Below, piece after piece: positions 41,233 to 50,771 of a DNA stretch of 64,000 nucleotides. The stretch comes from Nitrosopumilus sp. GTDB taxonomy: Archaea > Thermoproteota > Nitrososphaeria > Nitrososphaerales > Nitrosopumilaceae. The stretch's first letter is position 1, and each line of letters starts with the position of its first letter. Both the position numbers and the translations under genes were made by a program. The notes beneath the pieces were generated by a model. That model saw only the letters and a list, made by a program, of their open reading frames with translations, had not been told where the DNA came from and made no database searches. The stretch covers positions 1,024,001-1,088,000 of the forward strand of contig OZ244651.1 of the NCBI GenBank assembly GCA_965218695.1, read 5' to 3'.

Positions 41233-42033
41233 TTGTTTGCGATGATTGAGCAGCTGTGGGTTGTCCTGCTGGGATTCGTGGCAGGAATGCTGGGCTCCAT
41301 GATAGGCCTTGGCGGAGGAATAATCATGGTCCCCGTTCTGACGTTTGCAGGATTCATGCCCTCCACTGCCGTAAGCACTAGCCTCTTTGGGGTCCTCTCA
41401 GGCTCAATCTCATCGACTGTATCCTACTCTAAACGCGTGGGAGTCGACTACGGCCTGGCCCTGAGGCTCGGGCTGCCCGGGGTGCCGGGGGCGGTTATTG
41501 GCGCAACGCTTGCAGCAGGCGTAAGGCCGGATATGTTCCAGGCCCTGTTTGCCACGGTGATGATACTGGCTGCCGTATACCTGCTCATGAAGAAGAGAAT
41601 CGAGGTTGCAAGGATAATGCCACGAAAGAAGAACACGGTGATACTTGCCATGGGCGTCAGCTTTCTTGCCGGAATCGCGTCTGCATTCTTTGGGATAGGG
41701 GGCGGGCTCATACTGATACCGCTGATGGTGATCGGGATGGGAATGACGATGAAGCAGGCAGCACCCGTATCCATGATGGCCCTGATAGTCACTGCCTCCT
41801 CGGGAGTGCTTGCCCATACTGCCCTGGGCCATCCGGAATTTCTGCATGCAGGACTCCTTGTAGTGGGCTGTTTTGCAGGGGGGCTGGCAGGTGCAGGATT
41901 GAACATGAGGATGAGGGAGACGAGGCTCAGGATGGCAGCGGCTGCATTCATACTGCTGGCAGCTGCAAAGCTGATTTATGACGTGGCAGTCGAGGGCGCG
42001 GCCCTTGGCATGCCTGTCTGGCAGCAGTATTGA
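41233..42033 (+). CDS. TauE/SafE sulfite exporter family
   Basis: Duplicated GLGGG / GIGGG motifs; about 8 TM helices. Confidence 0.9.
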   Translation: MFAMIEQLWVVLLGFVAGMLGSMIGLGGGIIMVPVLTFAGFMPSTAVSTSLFGVLSGSISSTVSYSKRVGVDYGLALRLGLPGVPGAVIGATLAAGVRPDMFQALFATVMILAAVYLLMKKRIEVARIMPRKKNTVILAMGVSFLAGIASAFFGIGGGLILIPLMVIGMGMTMKQAAPVSMMALIVTASSGVLAHTALGHPEFLHAGLLVVGCFAGGLAGAGLNMRMRETRLRMAAAAFILLAAAKLIYDVAVEGAALGMPVWQQY

Positions 42034-42038
42034 CCGCG

Positions 42039-42500
42039 TCACGTGCGGGGCGGTTCTTTCTTTATCCTGTAGACGTTTCTCTTTGAGAGCACCACAGTCT
42101 CCCCCTCCTGCGTGGTTCCCTCATAGTCTACGGTAATTCTCCCAAACTCCTCATCCACGTCCTCCTTTTTGGATATGGTGAACTTTAGCTTTAGAACCTG
42201 GTCGGTGTAAAACGGCCTGAGAAATCTGGTGCCCCTGTTGTCCCAGTCCGGATCCCCGTCGGTTCCAAGAAGGACCATATGGTTCCCATATATCTGGCTT
42301 AGCCTTGTAAACTCGCCTTCCATTCTTGAGAGGATTGCCCTTCCAGAGACCACCTGTGCGTCATCATTCCCTGATTGCCCGTGTTCCAGAAACGCGTTTC
42401 GCACGCGGGAGAAGTTGAGGTATTCCTTGAGCTCCTTGGATGATATGCTGCATGTGGAGTGGAACGAATCCCCTACGCGTAACTCTGAAAACTTTTTCAT
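42039..42500 (-). CDS. Hotdog-fold (MaoC-like) protein
   Basis: FSEL.VGD start and RFLRPFYTDQVL hotdog strand; coupled to the SDR by ATGA overlap. Confidence 0.7.
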   Translation of the reverse strand: MKKFSELRVGDSFHSTCSISSKELKEYLNFSRVRNAFLEHGQSGNDDAQVVSGRAILSRMEGEFTRLSQIYGNHMVLLGTDGDPDWDNRGTRFLRPFYTDQVLKLKFTISKKEDVDEEFGRITVDYEGTTQEGETVVLSKRNVYRIKKEPPRT

Positions 42501-44272
42501 CTCAGCTCGTCTACGCAGAATATGACCGGGGATGACGAATCTGCCCTGCCTGACACAAGATAGTCAAAGACGGCCATTATTCTGGAGTCATCAGAATCCG
42601 TGCCTGCCACGGATCCCGGAAGAACCGTGAACAGCCTGATGCCGGATTTTAGGACATCGCTGAGTTCCTGGTTTACAGTAGTGGTAAACGGCCTGAGTGC
42701 GCCCCTGAACACCTCTACCTGCGCCCTCTGCACCCCGGTGACCTTTCTTCCGGCAGGCATGTCAGGACCTACAATCATGACTGCGCCCCTGGCATCCCTG
42801 TAAAGGCGCGGATCCAGCCTGCCGCCGGGCACAAACATCTCAAGGGTTCTCTGGGCAACGGTTGCAGGGGTCGTGATGAATTTTTTAATCAGATCGTCCC
42901 ACTGGCCCCTTGTCAGTCCTGTCATCTGCGGCATCCCCTCAGGCAGCCTGCCGGTAAGGTGAATCACGCCCAAAATGTCCCCAAGGTTGGTCCTGGCAGT
43001 CTCCAGCCATCGTGTTACCTCCTCGGGATTCTGAATATCTACAACATGTGAGTGGAACCTGCCGCCGATGTATTCCTGAAGGTCTGCAGGCACTGACTTT
43101 GATATGAAGCATGCCACCTTGCCGCCATTCTTCTCAACGTGGCCTGCCAGGGCCTCCACCCTCTGCGCGTCTGTCATGTCCGTTGCATCGATTGTAAGCA
43201 CGACTGCCCTTCCCTTGAAATCCTGCGTGTGGACCTCCGGGGCCGTGGTTGTGACGTGGGGCTTTACCGGGTAGAACACCCTGTCGCCGGGAATCACCTT
43301 TCCGTTTAGAATCCTTGCCATGTCATCGCCGCACAGGTTGAGGACTGATTCGGCAACCTGGCCCTGTGAGAGGAACTCCCGGTTTGCAATCATTTGCGAT
43401 GTGTTCTTTTGAACCTTTTCTGCTATGGCCTGAATCTTCTCCAAAAGGCTGGTAAGGATGCCGGTCAGTTCTGCTGCATCGTGGAGGCCTGCAAGCTTGC
43501 CTGCAGCCTTTGCAATGCCGTCCCTGATTACATCACTGTCCTCGCCCAGCAGCGGAAGCAACTCCCTGTTTGCCGCATCGACTTCTACGGGAGTGAGGTC
43601 CCCAAAACCGCTCACCCTCATAAACTCGGCAGCCGCCTTGGGGTATACGGTCTTGTAGATCCTGTCAGAGTGTACCGGTCCCGGATTTGTCGCAATCGAT
43701 ATTATTCCCTTCTCTGCAAGCTCCCAGGAGATCATCTCTGCCAGCCGGTTCTTTGCCCCCTGCGATGCAGTGTACGGGCTTCTGAAACGGTACGGCCTCT
43801 GCTCCAGAGGCCTCTCCTCTGTAAAGAACGTCGAGATGGTGATTATCTTGCCCCCCTCCTTCATTACCCTCAGGGCCTGTACGGAGCCCCAGAACGTTCC
43901 GGTCAGATGAATTCCAACCGTGCTCTTGAATTCGTCAAGAGGCGCGTTTGCAAAGCATGTTACCGGGCCGGAGACTCCGGCATTATTAATCACATAGTCT
44001 ACTGTGGCTCCGTCATGGTGCAAAGAGTCAAACATGCCGGTCATTCCGGACTCGTCGGCAACGTCCACGCCTGCAAATATCCTGACTGACGCACCTGTAT
44101 CGTTCCGGGCTATTATCTCCTGCAGCATGCCTGCCGTCTCTTCCAGGGGTGCCGGCCGCCTTCCAAGAATTATCACGCTGGCACCGTTCTCTACAAACTT
44201 TTTGGCTATCGCCTGACCGATGCCGGTACCGCTGCCTGTCACCAGGGCGGTCTTGCCTTGAAATTTTAACAT
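42497..44272 (-). CDS. Two-domain SDR oxidoreductase
   Basis: TGSGTGIG, NNAG, YRFRSPYTASQ, PGPVHSDRI, and a second degenerate Rossmann domain; alternative start 44287. Confidence 0.88.
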   Translation of the reverse strand: MLKFQGKTALVTGSGTGIGQAIAKKFVENGASVIILGRRPAPLEETAGMLQEIIARNDTGASVRIFAGVDVADESGMTGMFDSLHHDGATVDYVINNAGVSGPVTCFANAPLDEFKSTVGIHLTGTFWGSVQALRVMKEGGKIITISTFFTEERPLEQRPYRFRSPYTASQGAKNRLAEMISWELAEKGIISIATNPGPVHSDRIYKTVYPKAAAEFMRVSGFGDLTPVEVDAANRELLPLLGEDSDVIRDGIAKAAGKLAGLHDAAELTGILTSLLEKIQAIAEKVQKNTSQMIANREFLSQGQVAESVLNLCGDDMARILNGKVIPGDRVFYPVKPHVTTTAPEVHTQDFKGRAVVLTIDATDMTDAQRVEALAGHVEKNGGKVACFISKSVPADLQEYIGGRFHSHVVDIQNPEEVTRWLETARTNLGDILGVIHLTGRLPEGMPQMTGLTRGQWDDLIKKFITTPATVAQRTLEMFVPGGRLDPRLYRDARGAVMIVGPDMPAGRKVTGVQRAQVEVFRGALRPFTTTVNQELSDVLKSGIRLFTVLPGSVAGTDSDDSRIMAVFDYLVSGRADSSSPVIFCVDELR

Positions 44273-44434
44273 GGACAAGATGCCCATCTCTTGGCAATAT
44301 TTAATTGGATTGATTCACGTGGTGCATGACAGCCCCAGTCCGGGATCTCGGCAGAAACAACGCAAATGGCCGTGCCATGCCTTGACGTATCCCGGACGTC
44401 TATCTTTATTTGTGGGTATGATTCATGGTTTTTG

Positions 44435-44671
44435 ATGCACGATGCGGAATCGGACACGTTTGTCCCTCAGACTTGGCCTGAGAAGCTCTCAGACATGCTA
44501 AGGGATATCGGCGTGGACTCTGAATCAAGGGATATCGGCTCCTGCGATGTTGAAAGCGGGGACTACTACAGCCGATACTTTGCCCAGACGCCCAGAATGG
44601 TGACCAACAGGGGCTGCCTTGACATAAAGGACTCCAACATTGATATGGTGCAGATAATCCAAAAGGGGTAA
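44435..44671 (+). CDS. Conserved hypothetical protein
   Basis: Protein-like 78-aa ORF, MHDAESDTF... Confidence 0.65.
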   Translation: MHDAESDTFVPQTWPEKLSDMLRDIGVDSESRDIGSCDVESGDYYSRYFAQTPRMVTNRGCLDIKDSNIDMVQIIQKG

Positions 44672-44674
44672 GAT

Positions 44675-45052
44675 ATGCAGGATCCAAATCCAATACCATG
44701 GGGCGCACTTGACAGGTATCAGGCGCATTTTATTGTAAAAAGGGATGCAGGAGCGTCAGTCCAGAACTTTGTTGCAAGAACCCGCCTTGAGACCCGGGGC
44801 CATTTTGCATCAAAGACGATCACGGCGGTTCGATGGAACGGCCCCGGCAGCTTGGCTGCGAGGCTCAATGGCGATGAGGCCCTCAACGACATGATCAAGG
44901 CACAGTCACTCAAAGACGCGACAATCTATGTCGAGCCCACCGATAATGTAGTCCGAATCAGGGGAAAATGGGACAACCACCTCTCGTTTGGAATTACCCG
45001 CCAGATGTTTGACATCTACGACAGGATAGCATCCCACATTAAGGCGCTTTAG
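44675..45052 (+). CDS. Conserved hypothetical protein
   Basis: 125-aa ORF, MQDPNPIPWGALDRYQAHF... Confidence 0.7.
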   Translation: MQDPNPIPWGALDRYQAHFIVKRDAGASVQNFVARTRLETRGHFASKTITAVRWNGPGSLAARLNGDEALNDMIKAQSLKDATIYVEPTDNVVRIRGKWDNHLSFGITRQMFDIYDRIASHIKAL

Positions 45053-45582
45053 GCCTTCCACCAGTCGATGGCAAGAAAGTCTACCCTGTTCCTGCGTGGT
45101 ATTGCCAGTATGAACTGCTTTCGTACGGCGGCTGCCAGCCTTCCTGCCAGAACGATTCCGGTGGATGTGACCGGCTCGCCCCTCTTGTAGACCTGGACCA
45201 GGTACGGGGCGTGATCGATTCCAGGCCCCTTTTCATACACTGCAAAGTCACAGCCGAACTTTATTCCGGGATTCACAATGTACCCCTTGTCCCTGAAATT
45301 CTTGTAGACTAGGTATTTTTTGTCAAAATCCTGATACTCCTGCCGGCACACCTCGGTCATGGCCTCCTCTGTGACCCTTCTCCTGGACTGGGTCACGGTG
45401 ATCCTCTTGCTCTCCAAAAGGTACAGCCCCTCTATAAGATCCAGAATCAGCGGGGCGTCTATCTCTTCAATCTTTGGCTTTGGAATCCCTATGGGCTTTC
45501 CATAGTAGCCGCTGCCAAAGAGGTCTTTGGAATCCTCAATGTTCCATACTACGATTCTGTTCTCGATCAGCTCCCCCCTCAT
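45049..45582 (-). CDS. endA: tRNA splicing endonuclease catalytic subunit
   Basis: YLVYKNFRDKGY...GIKFGCDFAVY...HAPYLV...VRK catalytic Y/H/K triad. Confidence 0.94.
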   Translation of the reverse strand: MRGELIENRIVVWNIEDSKDLFGSGYYGKPIGIPKPKIEEIDAPLILDLIEGLYLLESKRITVTQSRRRVTEEAMTEVCRQEYQDFDKKYLVYKNFRDKGYIVNPGIKFGCDFAVYEKGPGIDHAPYLVQVYKRGEPVTSTGIVLAGRLAAAVRKQFILAIPRRNRVDFLAIDWWKA

Positions 45583-45706
45583 CGCTTGTTGGGAATTTTT
45601 CAAGTATATGAACCATAATTTTACCGGCTACGTCCGGCCGTCATGCTGCGCCGCACGAGGACATGGGGATTTACCGGTAGCATGGAAAAAATGGGGCGGG
45701 TGCCGT

Positions 45707-46360
45707 CTAAAGGCTCAATGCCAGCAGGATAAACGAGTCTGAGACCCTCTGACACTTGTCAGCCATCTCCTCGATTCCCTCTATCACGTCCTTCATCAGC
45801 AGCAACTCCTTTGTATCAGATACTCCTGTCAGCAGTTTGAGCGTTGCATGCCTGTACTTGATGTCTATCTCCCTTTCGATGGTCTGCGTCTCCTGGGCCA
45901 GTTCGATGGCGTTTGCAGTGTTTGTATTCAGGCTTCGGATGATCTCGTTTAGCTTGTAGATCTCGTCTACAACCAGTTTGATAAGATTTGTCACATCCTT
46001 GTCAAGATGTGCGCTCTTTAGGGTGGAAGGCTTTACGTTTGAGAGTTTGAAGGAGATCCCGGTGATGTAGCCGGCAATCTCGTCCATCGTATATGCCGTG
46101 TTGAGGAGGTTCTCCCGGTTCATTATCAGCCCTCCGACGTCAGCCACTTCGCGCGTGATCTTTCTTCTCAGACTCTCCACTTCTTCTTCAATGGTCGAGA
46201 TCTGCTCCAGTGCGTTCTTGATGCCTGCCCTGTCCTTTCTCATCATCAGATCCGGCAGCGTTGCAAGTTCCCTTGCCGCATTCAGAATTCGGTTAATCTC
46301 GTCTTGCAGGACTGCTATGGCCTTTCTTTTTGCCTGAACTTCCAGCTCTCCGCTATACAT
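45707..46360 (-). CDS. DUF47 / PhoU-like phosphate regulator
   Basis: IEEEVE..RR..., REN(D)LL, IEREID, IEEMADKC helical repeat. Confidence 0.85.
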   Translation of the reverse strand: MYSGELEVQAKRKAIAVLQDEINRILNAARELATLPDLMMRKDRAGIKNALEQISTIEEEVESLRRKITREVADVGGLIMNRENLLNTAYTMDEIAGYITGISFKLSNVKPSTLKSAHLDKDVTNLIKLVVDEIYKLNEIIRSLNTNTANAIELAQETQTIEREIDIKYRHATLKLLTGVSDTKELLLMKDVIEGIEEMADKCQRVSDSFILLALSL

Positions 46361-46562
46361 AACCATTGATGGAATCCTTACAGGTAATTTAAATCATTTA
46401 TGATTGGGTTCCTGCCAAACATGCAACAGCATGCCTGTCTCCATGGGGAATCATCCCAGGAATGTCGGTATGTGTTGCGCATGGATGGGGTCGGCCCTGC
46501 ATGCGTGACTGTATTCGGAGGGTCGTCCCTGCCAAAATCTATATCCTCTTGCGATTCATGGC

Positions 46563-47204
46563 ATGTCGTTGAGGATTCACCCTGGAATGATTGGCGCACT
46601 GAAGGGGATAATACCTGGCGGCGTGTCTGTGGACGACTTTTGCGCAGTCACTGGCATGAGTCGTGAAGACTCCGGCCTGACTCTTGCCGGGCTGGTCAAA
46701 GACGGCATCGGCAGTACAGAGGATCAGTTCTATCACTTTCAGGACGGCGACCGTCTCAGGGTTGCAATCCGTCTGCTCGAGGGGGGACTCCAGGCCGACG
46801 ATGTCTCGGAGGCCCTTGACTGGCGGGATTTTGAAGGGCTGACGGCCCAGATTCTCTCCTCGGAAGGATTTGCAGTCATGAGGAACATGATCCTTACGAA
46901 ACCCCGAATGGAGATTGACGTGGTAGGCATCCGGCTGGGCGTTGCAATCCTGATTGACTGCAAGCACTGGAGGCGCTACAGCGAGTCATCGCTGAAATCC
47001 GCAGTCGGCAATCAGATTGCCCGGACCAAGCACTACGTTACAAAGACTGCCGGGGCGATAGCCGTCCCTGCAATCGTGACGCTGTACCGGGACAAGCTGA
47101 GCTTCATCAACAACGTTCCGATAGTGCCCATCTCCCAACTCTCCTCGTTTATTGACGAGTTTTATGGCAACCTTGATCAGATGAGGACTATAGAAACAGG
47201 CTAG
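46563..47204 (+). CDS. Mrr-like PD-(D/E)XK nuclease-fold protein
   Basis: WRDFE.L, EIDVVG, IDCKHW motifs. Confidence 0.8.
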   Translation: MSLRIHPGMIGALKGIIPGGVSVDDFCAVTGMSREDSGLTLAGLVKDGIGSTEDQFYHFQDGDRLRVAIRLLEGGLQADDVSEALDWRDFEGLTAQILSSEGFAVMRNMILTKPRMEIDVVGIRLGVAILIDCKHWRRYSESSLKSAVGNQIARTKHYVTKTAGAIAVPAIVTLYRDKLSFINNVPIVPISQLSSFIDEFYGNLDQMRTIETG

Positions 47205-48936
47205 TTATGAACAGGGCAACCCCCCCAATCACAAACCCCTTGGTGATCTTCAGGGAGTTGTCCAGCGCTTTTGAATAGTCCTCATAAATCCCCTGCCCCA
47301 TCACCTTCACGCTCGTCTGGCTCTCCAAAATCTCAAACCTTGCCGGGGCCGTGCGCGACTCTGCATCCCTTGCAATCTTTAGAAACCATCCCGTGAGCTT
47401 CTCATTGTCCGTAATCAGTCCCAGGTGATAGTATCCGTTTCTGTTTCTTGCCTTTACCGGTGCATAGTGCGTATCTGAGGTACAGATCTCAAAAAGTTCA
47501 AGGTCCCTTTGGGCAAACTTGCTGATAACCTCTTCCCTTGCCCCGTTCTCCATGTTGTTTGCATCTGCCCATCCCAAAAAGTATCCCTTTTTGTTGATCT
47601 TTAGGCAGGCCACCCCGAGCCCTCCCATGCCAAGATCCTCCGCCCAGACGTCCATCCCCTCGGAGTTTGCATAGCCAAACTCTACTGGGAACTTGTCCTT
47701 TGTACTCAGTGCATCAAGGCATGATCTTGCGGCACTCTGCATGTCCCTGCCGTCCTCATCTGAGATTACATCCCCCATTGCGTTGTGGCAGTCCACTATC
47801 ATCGGCTTTGCATAGTTTTTGCCGTATGCGTACTGCTCGATGTCAGTCTTCATGTAGTTTGGAATGTCCTCCATGCCGTGCGGTGACAGCGAGAGGAACA
47901 GCAGCGGGCGGTCGCCAAACAGCAGGCCGGTAACCCGTGCCTTGTTTGTCTGAACCGTGACAGGCTCCGTACACTGCGTGCCCTCCCCCTTGACGCTGTT
48001 CTCATCCAGGCTGCCCAGATAATTTTTGACTTCGTCCTGCGTCGGAAGATTCAGTGAATGATCCGAGATACTGTGCATGACCATGGCCGATGACGACCAT
48101 TTCTTGTAAATCCTGTACGGTATGTTGCTTCCGCCAACCGGGTGGTACGGGCCCGGATGAATCTCCGGCAGGACCATCCTGAACTCCGTGCCGCCGTCTG
48201 GGGGTGAGATTCTTATCTGGGACGTCGACACGCTTGTCTTGCTTGAGCGCTGTTCCATGATCTCTTCGGCCTCTGTATAGTCGTCCTTTTGTGACGCAAG
48301 ATACGCCTGTATGGTCTTGTGCGTGCTCTTCATTCTAGGCCTTCCGGCCCTGTCTGTGAGCAACGACCAGACGCTGGCAATTACCATAAATGAGATTCCG
48401 TACCCGAGCGCGAGCGGCTCGGTGAGCATCGCAAGCCACATGTCATGCGGGATTAGCACCATGAACATCGCAAGCGGCTGTATGAGGCATATGGCCCACG
48501 CCTTCTTGATGCTCGCCCCGAGGGTGGTGGTGTAAATTCCTATCCTAAAGCTTGTATACAGGAGCATTCCAAATGTCACAAAGAACAAGGAGGGCTCCTT
48601 GTCCAGTACGATGCTTGCCAGCATTCCCATTAGGATGGTAACCACCCACAGCATGTTTGCAAACAGTGACGAATGGAGCGATTTTGAGTACTCTCTCTTC
48701 CTTGCAAACCTGGTATCGAGCAGTTGTGTAAGCCCCAGCACGGCAACGATTATTGGAATTCTGTACCATACATCATCAAAGGCAATCTGGCCAAGGTATC
48801 CAAGATACGTTGCAAGCGCGATCACCGTCGCGATGGCCAGCGATGCTGCCAGCGAAAAATAATGCGATGAAGGGTTCAGCAGTGTAAGGAAAAACCTGTT
48901 GTGTATGTTGGAGACATTATCTAGATGTTCTTCCAT
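47188..48936 (-). CDS. DUF2070 family membrane protein
   Basis: N-terminal TM region; HPGP, DCHN, DANN, TSDTH motifs. Confidence 0.88.
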   Translation of the reverse strand: MEEHLDNVSNIHNRFFLTLLNPSSHYFSLAASLAIATVIALATYLGYLGQIAFDDVWYRIPIIVAVLGLTQLLDTRFARKREYSKSLHSSLFANMLWVVTILMGMLASIVLDKEPSLFFVTFGMLLYTSFRIGIYTTTLGASIKKAWAICLIQPLAMFMVLIPHDMWLAMLTEPLALGYGISFMVIASVWSLLTDRAGRPRMKSTHKTIQAYLASQKDDYTEAEEIMEQRSSKTSVSTSQIRISPPDGGTEFRMVLPEIHPGPYHPVGGSNIPYRIYKKWSSSAMVMHSISDHSLNLPTQDEVKNYLGSLDENSVKGEGTQCTEPVTVQTNKARVTGLLFGDRPLLFLSLSPHGMEDIPNYMKTDIEQYAYGKNYAKPMIVDCHNAMGDVISDEDGRDMQSAARSCLDALSTKDKFPVEFGYANSEGMDVWAEDLGMGGLGVACLKINKKGYFLGWADANNMENGAREEVISKFAQRDLELFEICTSDTHYAPVKARNRNGYYHLGLITDNEKLTGWFLKIARDAESRTAPARFEILESQTSVKVMGQGIYEDYSKALDNSLKITKGFVIGGVALFITSLFL

Positions 48937-48943
48937 TGCTTTT

Positions 48944-49108
48944 TCACGGAACTAAAAATATATCAATTATCCACGATACCACGATTAAGCTTATGGGGAT
49001 TGATACTACGATCTTTGGGTCCAGCTTGAATCCCTTGGTCTCATCCTCAAAGAACCTCATGAGGCCACCGCTTGAGGCCGGAAGCGGTGCGGATTTTTTG
49101 CTACTCAT
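48944..49108 (-). CDS. secG: Preprotein translocase subunit Sec61beta (not in the ORF track)
   Basis: MSSKKSAPLPASSGGLMRFFEDETKGFKLDPKIVVSIPISLIVVSWIIDIFLVP (54 aa); GLMRFF.E and DP motif. Confidence 0.93.
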   Translation of the reverse strand: MSSKKSAPLPASSGGLMRFFEDETKGFKLDPKIVVSIPISLIVVSWIIDIFLVP

Positions 49109-49384
49109 TTAACCCAATTGCAAAGATTTTAACATAAAAACTTTATTCTTCAGAGGCCCGCTTCTTGGAACCGGCAAGAGTCAGATCGTTCTTCTGGAAC
49201 AACGGTCTGCAGTGTGCCAAGCCTCATCGCATCCTGCACTCTGCTCACCTGGCTGCAAGCCCTGCGTTGCCTGGTGTTGCAGACAGTCCTCGTGGATTTT
49301 GTCCAGTAACACGTCCTATCCCGCCCTTGGTGTTGTGTGCTGGCGTTGCAGCAGTCAGCCGTGGCGATCGCGATCTGCGATCTT

Positions 49385-49477
49385 GTACATACTCAGGTCC
49401 CGGTATTGTCTAGGCGTAAACATGTACTGTTTTACGTATATTCACGCCTGAGTTTGAGGGGGACCTGAGTATGGTAC
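49385..49477. mobile_element. 93-bp IS66-type MITE
   Basis: GTAC termini; 14-bp perfect IR CATACTCAGGTCCC / GGGACCTGAGTATG; 8-bp direct repeat GCGATCTT at 49377-84 and 49478-85. Confidence 0.82.
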
Positions 49478-49505
49478 GCGATCTTTCAGTCTTCCCAGAA
49501 GTAGC

Positions 49506-50696
49506 TCAGGGTAGCACCGGCGGCGGGGGCTCCGGCGGCTCTTTGTAGCCAAATACGATCAGCAACAGCAGCATGTCCCTGAGATCCTGTTGGGTGATCG
49601 GGGGATCCGTGGGATAAATCCCGGTAACGTGCATCAGCGTTGCGTTTGCCATTACCCAAGCGTTAAAGACGGCTACAGAGTACACAAAGCACAAAAGTCG
49701 CGCCATCGGGTTCTTGCTGTGCGTCTTGGCCCTTGTGTTTTCTATCATCCGGTATCCAGTCTCTATGCCCCACCTGTTCCCGTACGAGTCCGGATCCACG
49801 TCGGGGACGTTGGTGGCAAACCCGATGTATTTCTCGTGCGGCAGCAGCTCGTCGTCGTCCTTTCTTTTCTTCCTCTTCTTCCTTTCTGTGATGGTCATCG
49901 TATACGACACCTCCCTGCCATCTCCCCCGACGATGACGGATTTGGAGACGCGGCCGCGCCTGCCTGTAGCAAACTCTGCGATGGCATCCACCACAGTATC
50001 CGTATTCTTGCATGGTATCAGATATTTGATGCCCATGTCCCCAAGCGTCCCCATTACGTCTGCCGTAAAGAACTCCCTGTCCAGCATCGCCATTCCGATG
50101 CAGGCCCCCACGTCCCGTGCAGAGCCGATGATTTTACGCACGAAATCGGCAGTATCCTCAAGTGACGGCATGTTCAGGACGCCTAACACGAGGCGAAGGT
50201 TCTGAACCGTGGACTGTATCGTGATGTACCTCTCAAAGACGTGTGTCCCGTCCTTGGCCTTTGAGCGCACCAGTTCTGCCCCGTAGCTCTTGTCGTATCT
50301 GGGTATCAGGTGCATGTCGATTGCCAAGTCAATCTCCTGGTCTTTCTTGAGCAGTCTCATCTTGCGCATCTGGTCAAGCTGCAGGACGACTGTCTTGGCA
50401 AAGCATTTGTAGACGTCGCTGCCACGCGTCCGGGATGCCGCATCGCGCATCCACTCATCACTTGGGCGTGAGTCCCCGTCTGCACCGCCGATTCTCTTGG
50501 AGGACCTGGTGCATCCGGCCACCTGCCTGCCGTGCGCACATGCGCCTGCCATGCTTCTGTGAAAATCCTCGGTGCCGTAGATGGCATTGTGCCTGTGTGA
50601 GACCATGATGCACGGGGACATGCCTGCCCCTACCGTGTCCAGAACATCTTGATATATGCGTGGGTTGTTAAGCAAGTCGCGTCTCAGTTGGTTCAT
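49506..50696 (-). CDS. ISH3-like DDE transposase
   Basis: DLLNNPRIYQDV, AIDMHLIPRYD, LDREFF, RWGIETGY; homologous to 35717-36853. Confidence 0.92.
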   Translation of the reverse strand: MNQLRRDLLNNPRIYQDVLDTVGAGMSPCIMVSHRHNAIYGTEDFHRSMAGACAHGRQVAGCTRSSKRIGGADGDSRPSDEWMRDAASRTRGSDVYKCFAKTVVLQLDQMRKMRLLKKDQEIDLAIDMHLIPRYDKSYGAELVRSKAKDGTHVFERYITIQSTVQNLRLVLGVLNMPSLEDTADFVRKIIGSARDVGACIGMAMLDREFFTADVMGTLGDMGIKYLIPCKNTDTVVDAIAEFATGRRGRVSKSVIVGGDGREVSYTMTITERKKRKKRKDDDELLPHEKYIGFATNVPDVDPDSYGNRWGIETGYRMIENTRAKTHSKNPMARLLCFVYSVAVFNAWVMANATLMHVTGIYPTDPPITQQDLRDMLLLLIVFGYKEPPEPPPPVLP

Positions 50697-50771
50697 TGGT
50701 AGTTCGATGACCTTCTGAGATTGCCCTAATTGATCTGTTTTGATTTTGGGCTGTTTTCAGGTACTTCTGGG

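Noticed and set aside
44435-45052. Two in-frame ORFs separated only by TAA GAT as one read-through gene
   Set aside because: The second has its own ATG and there is no recoding signal; ortholog comparison is needed.
46563-47204. Mrr-like gene as a defence system
   Set aside because: Sits among housekeeping genes with host-like composition and no methyltransferase or defence neighbours.
49385-49477. Hairpin as SRP RNA, RNase P RNA or tRNA
   Set aside because: No SRP helix-8, P4 or T-loop motifs; flanking 8-bp direct repeats favour a MITE.
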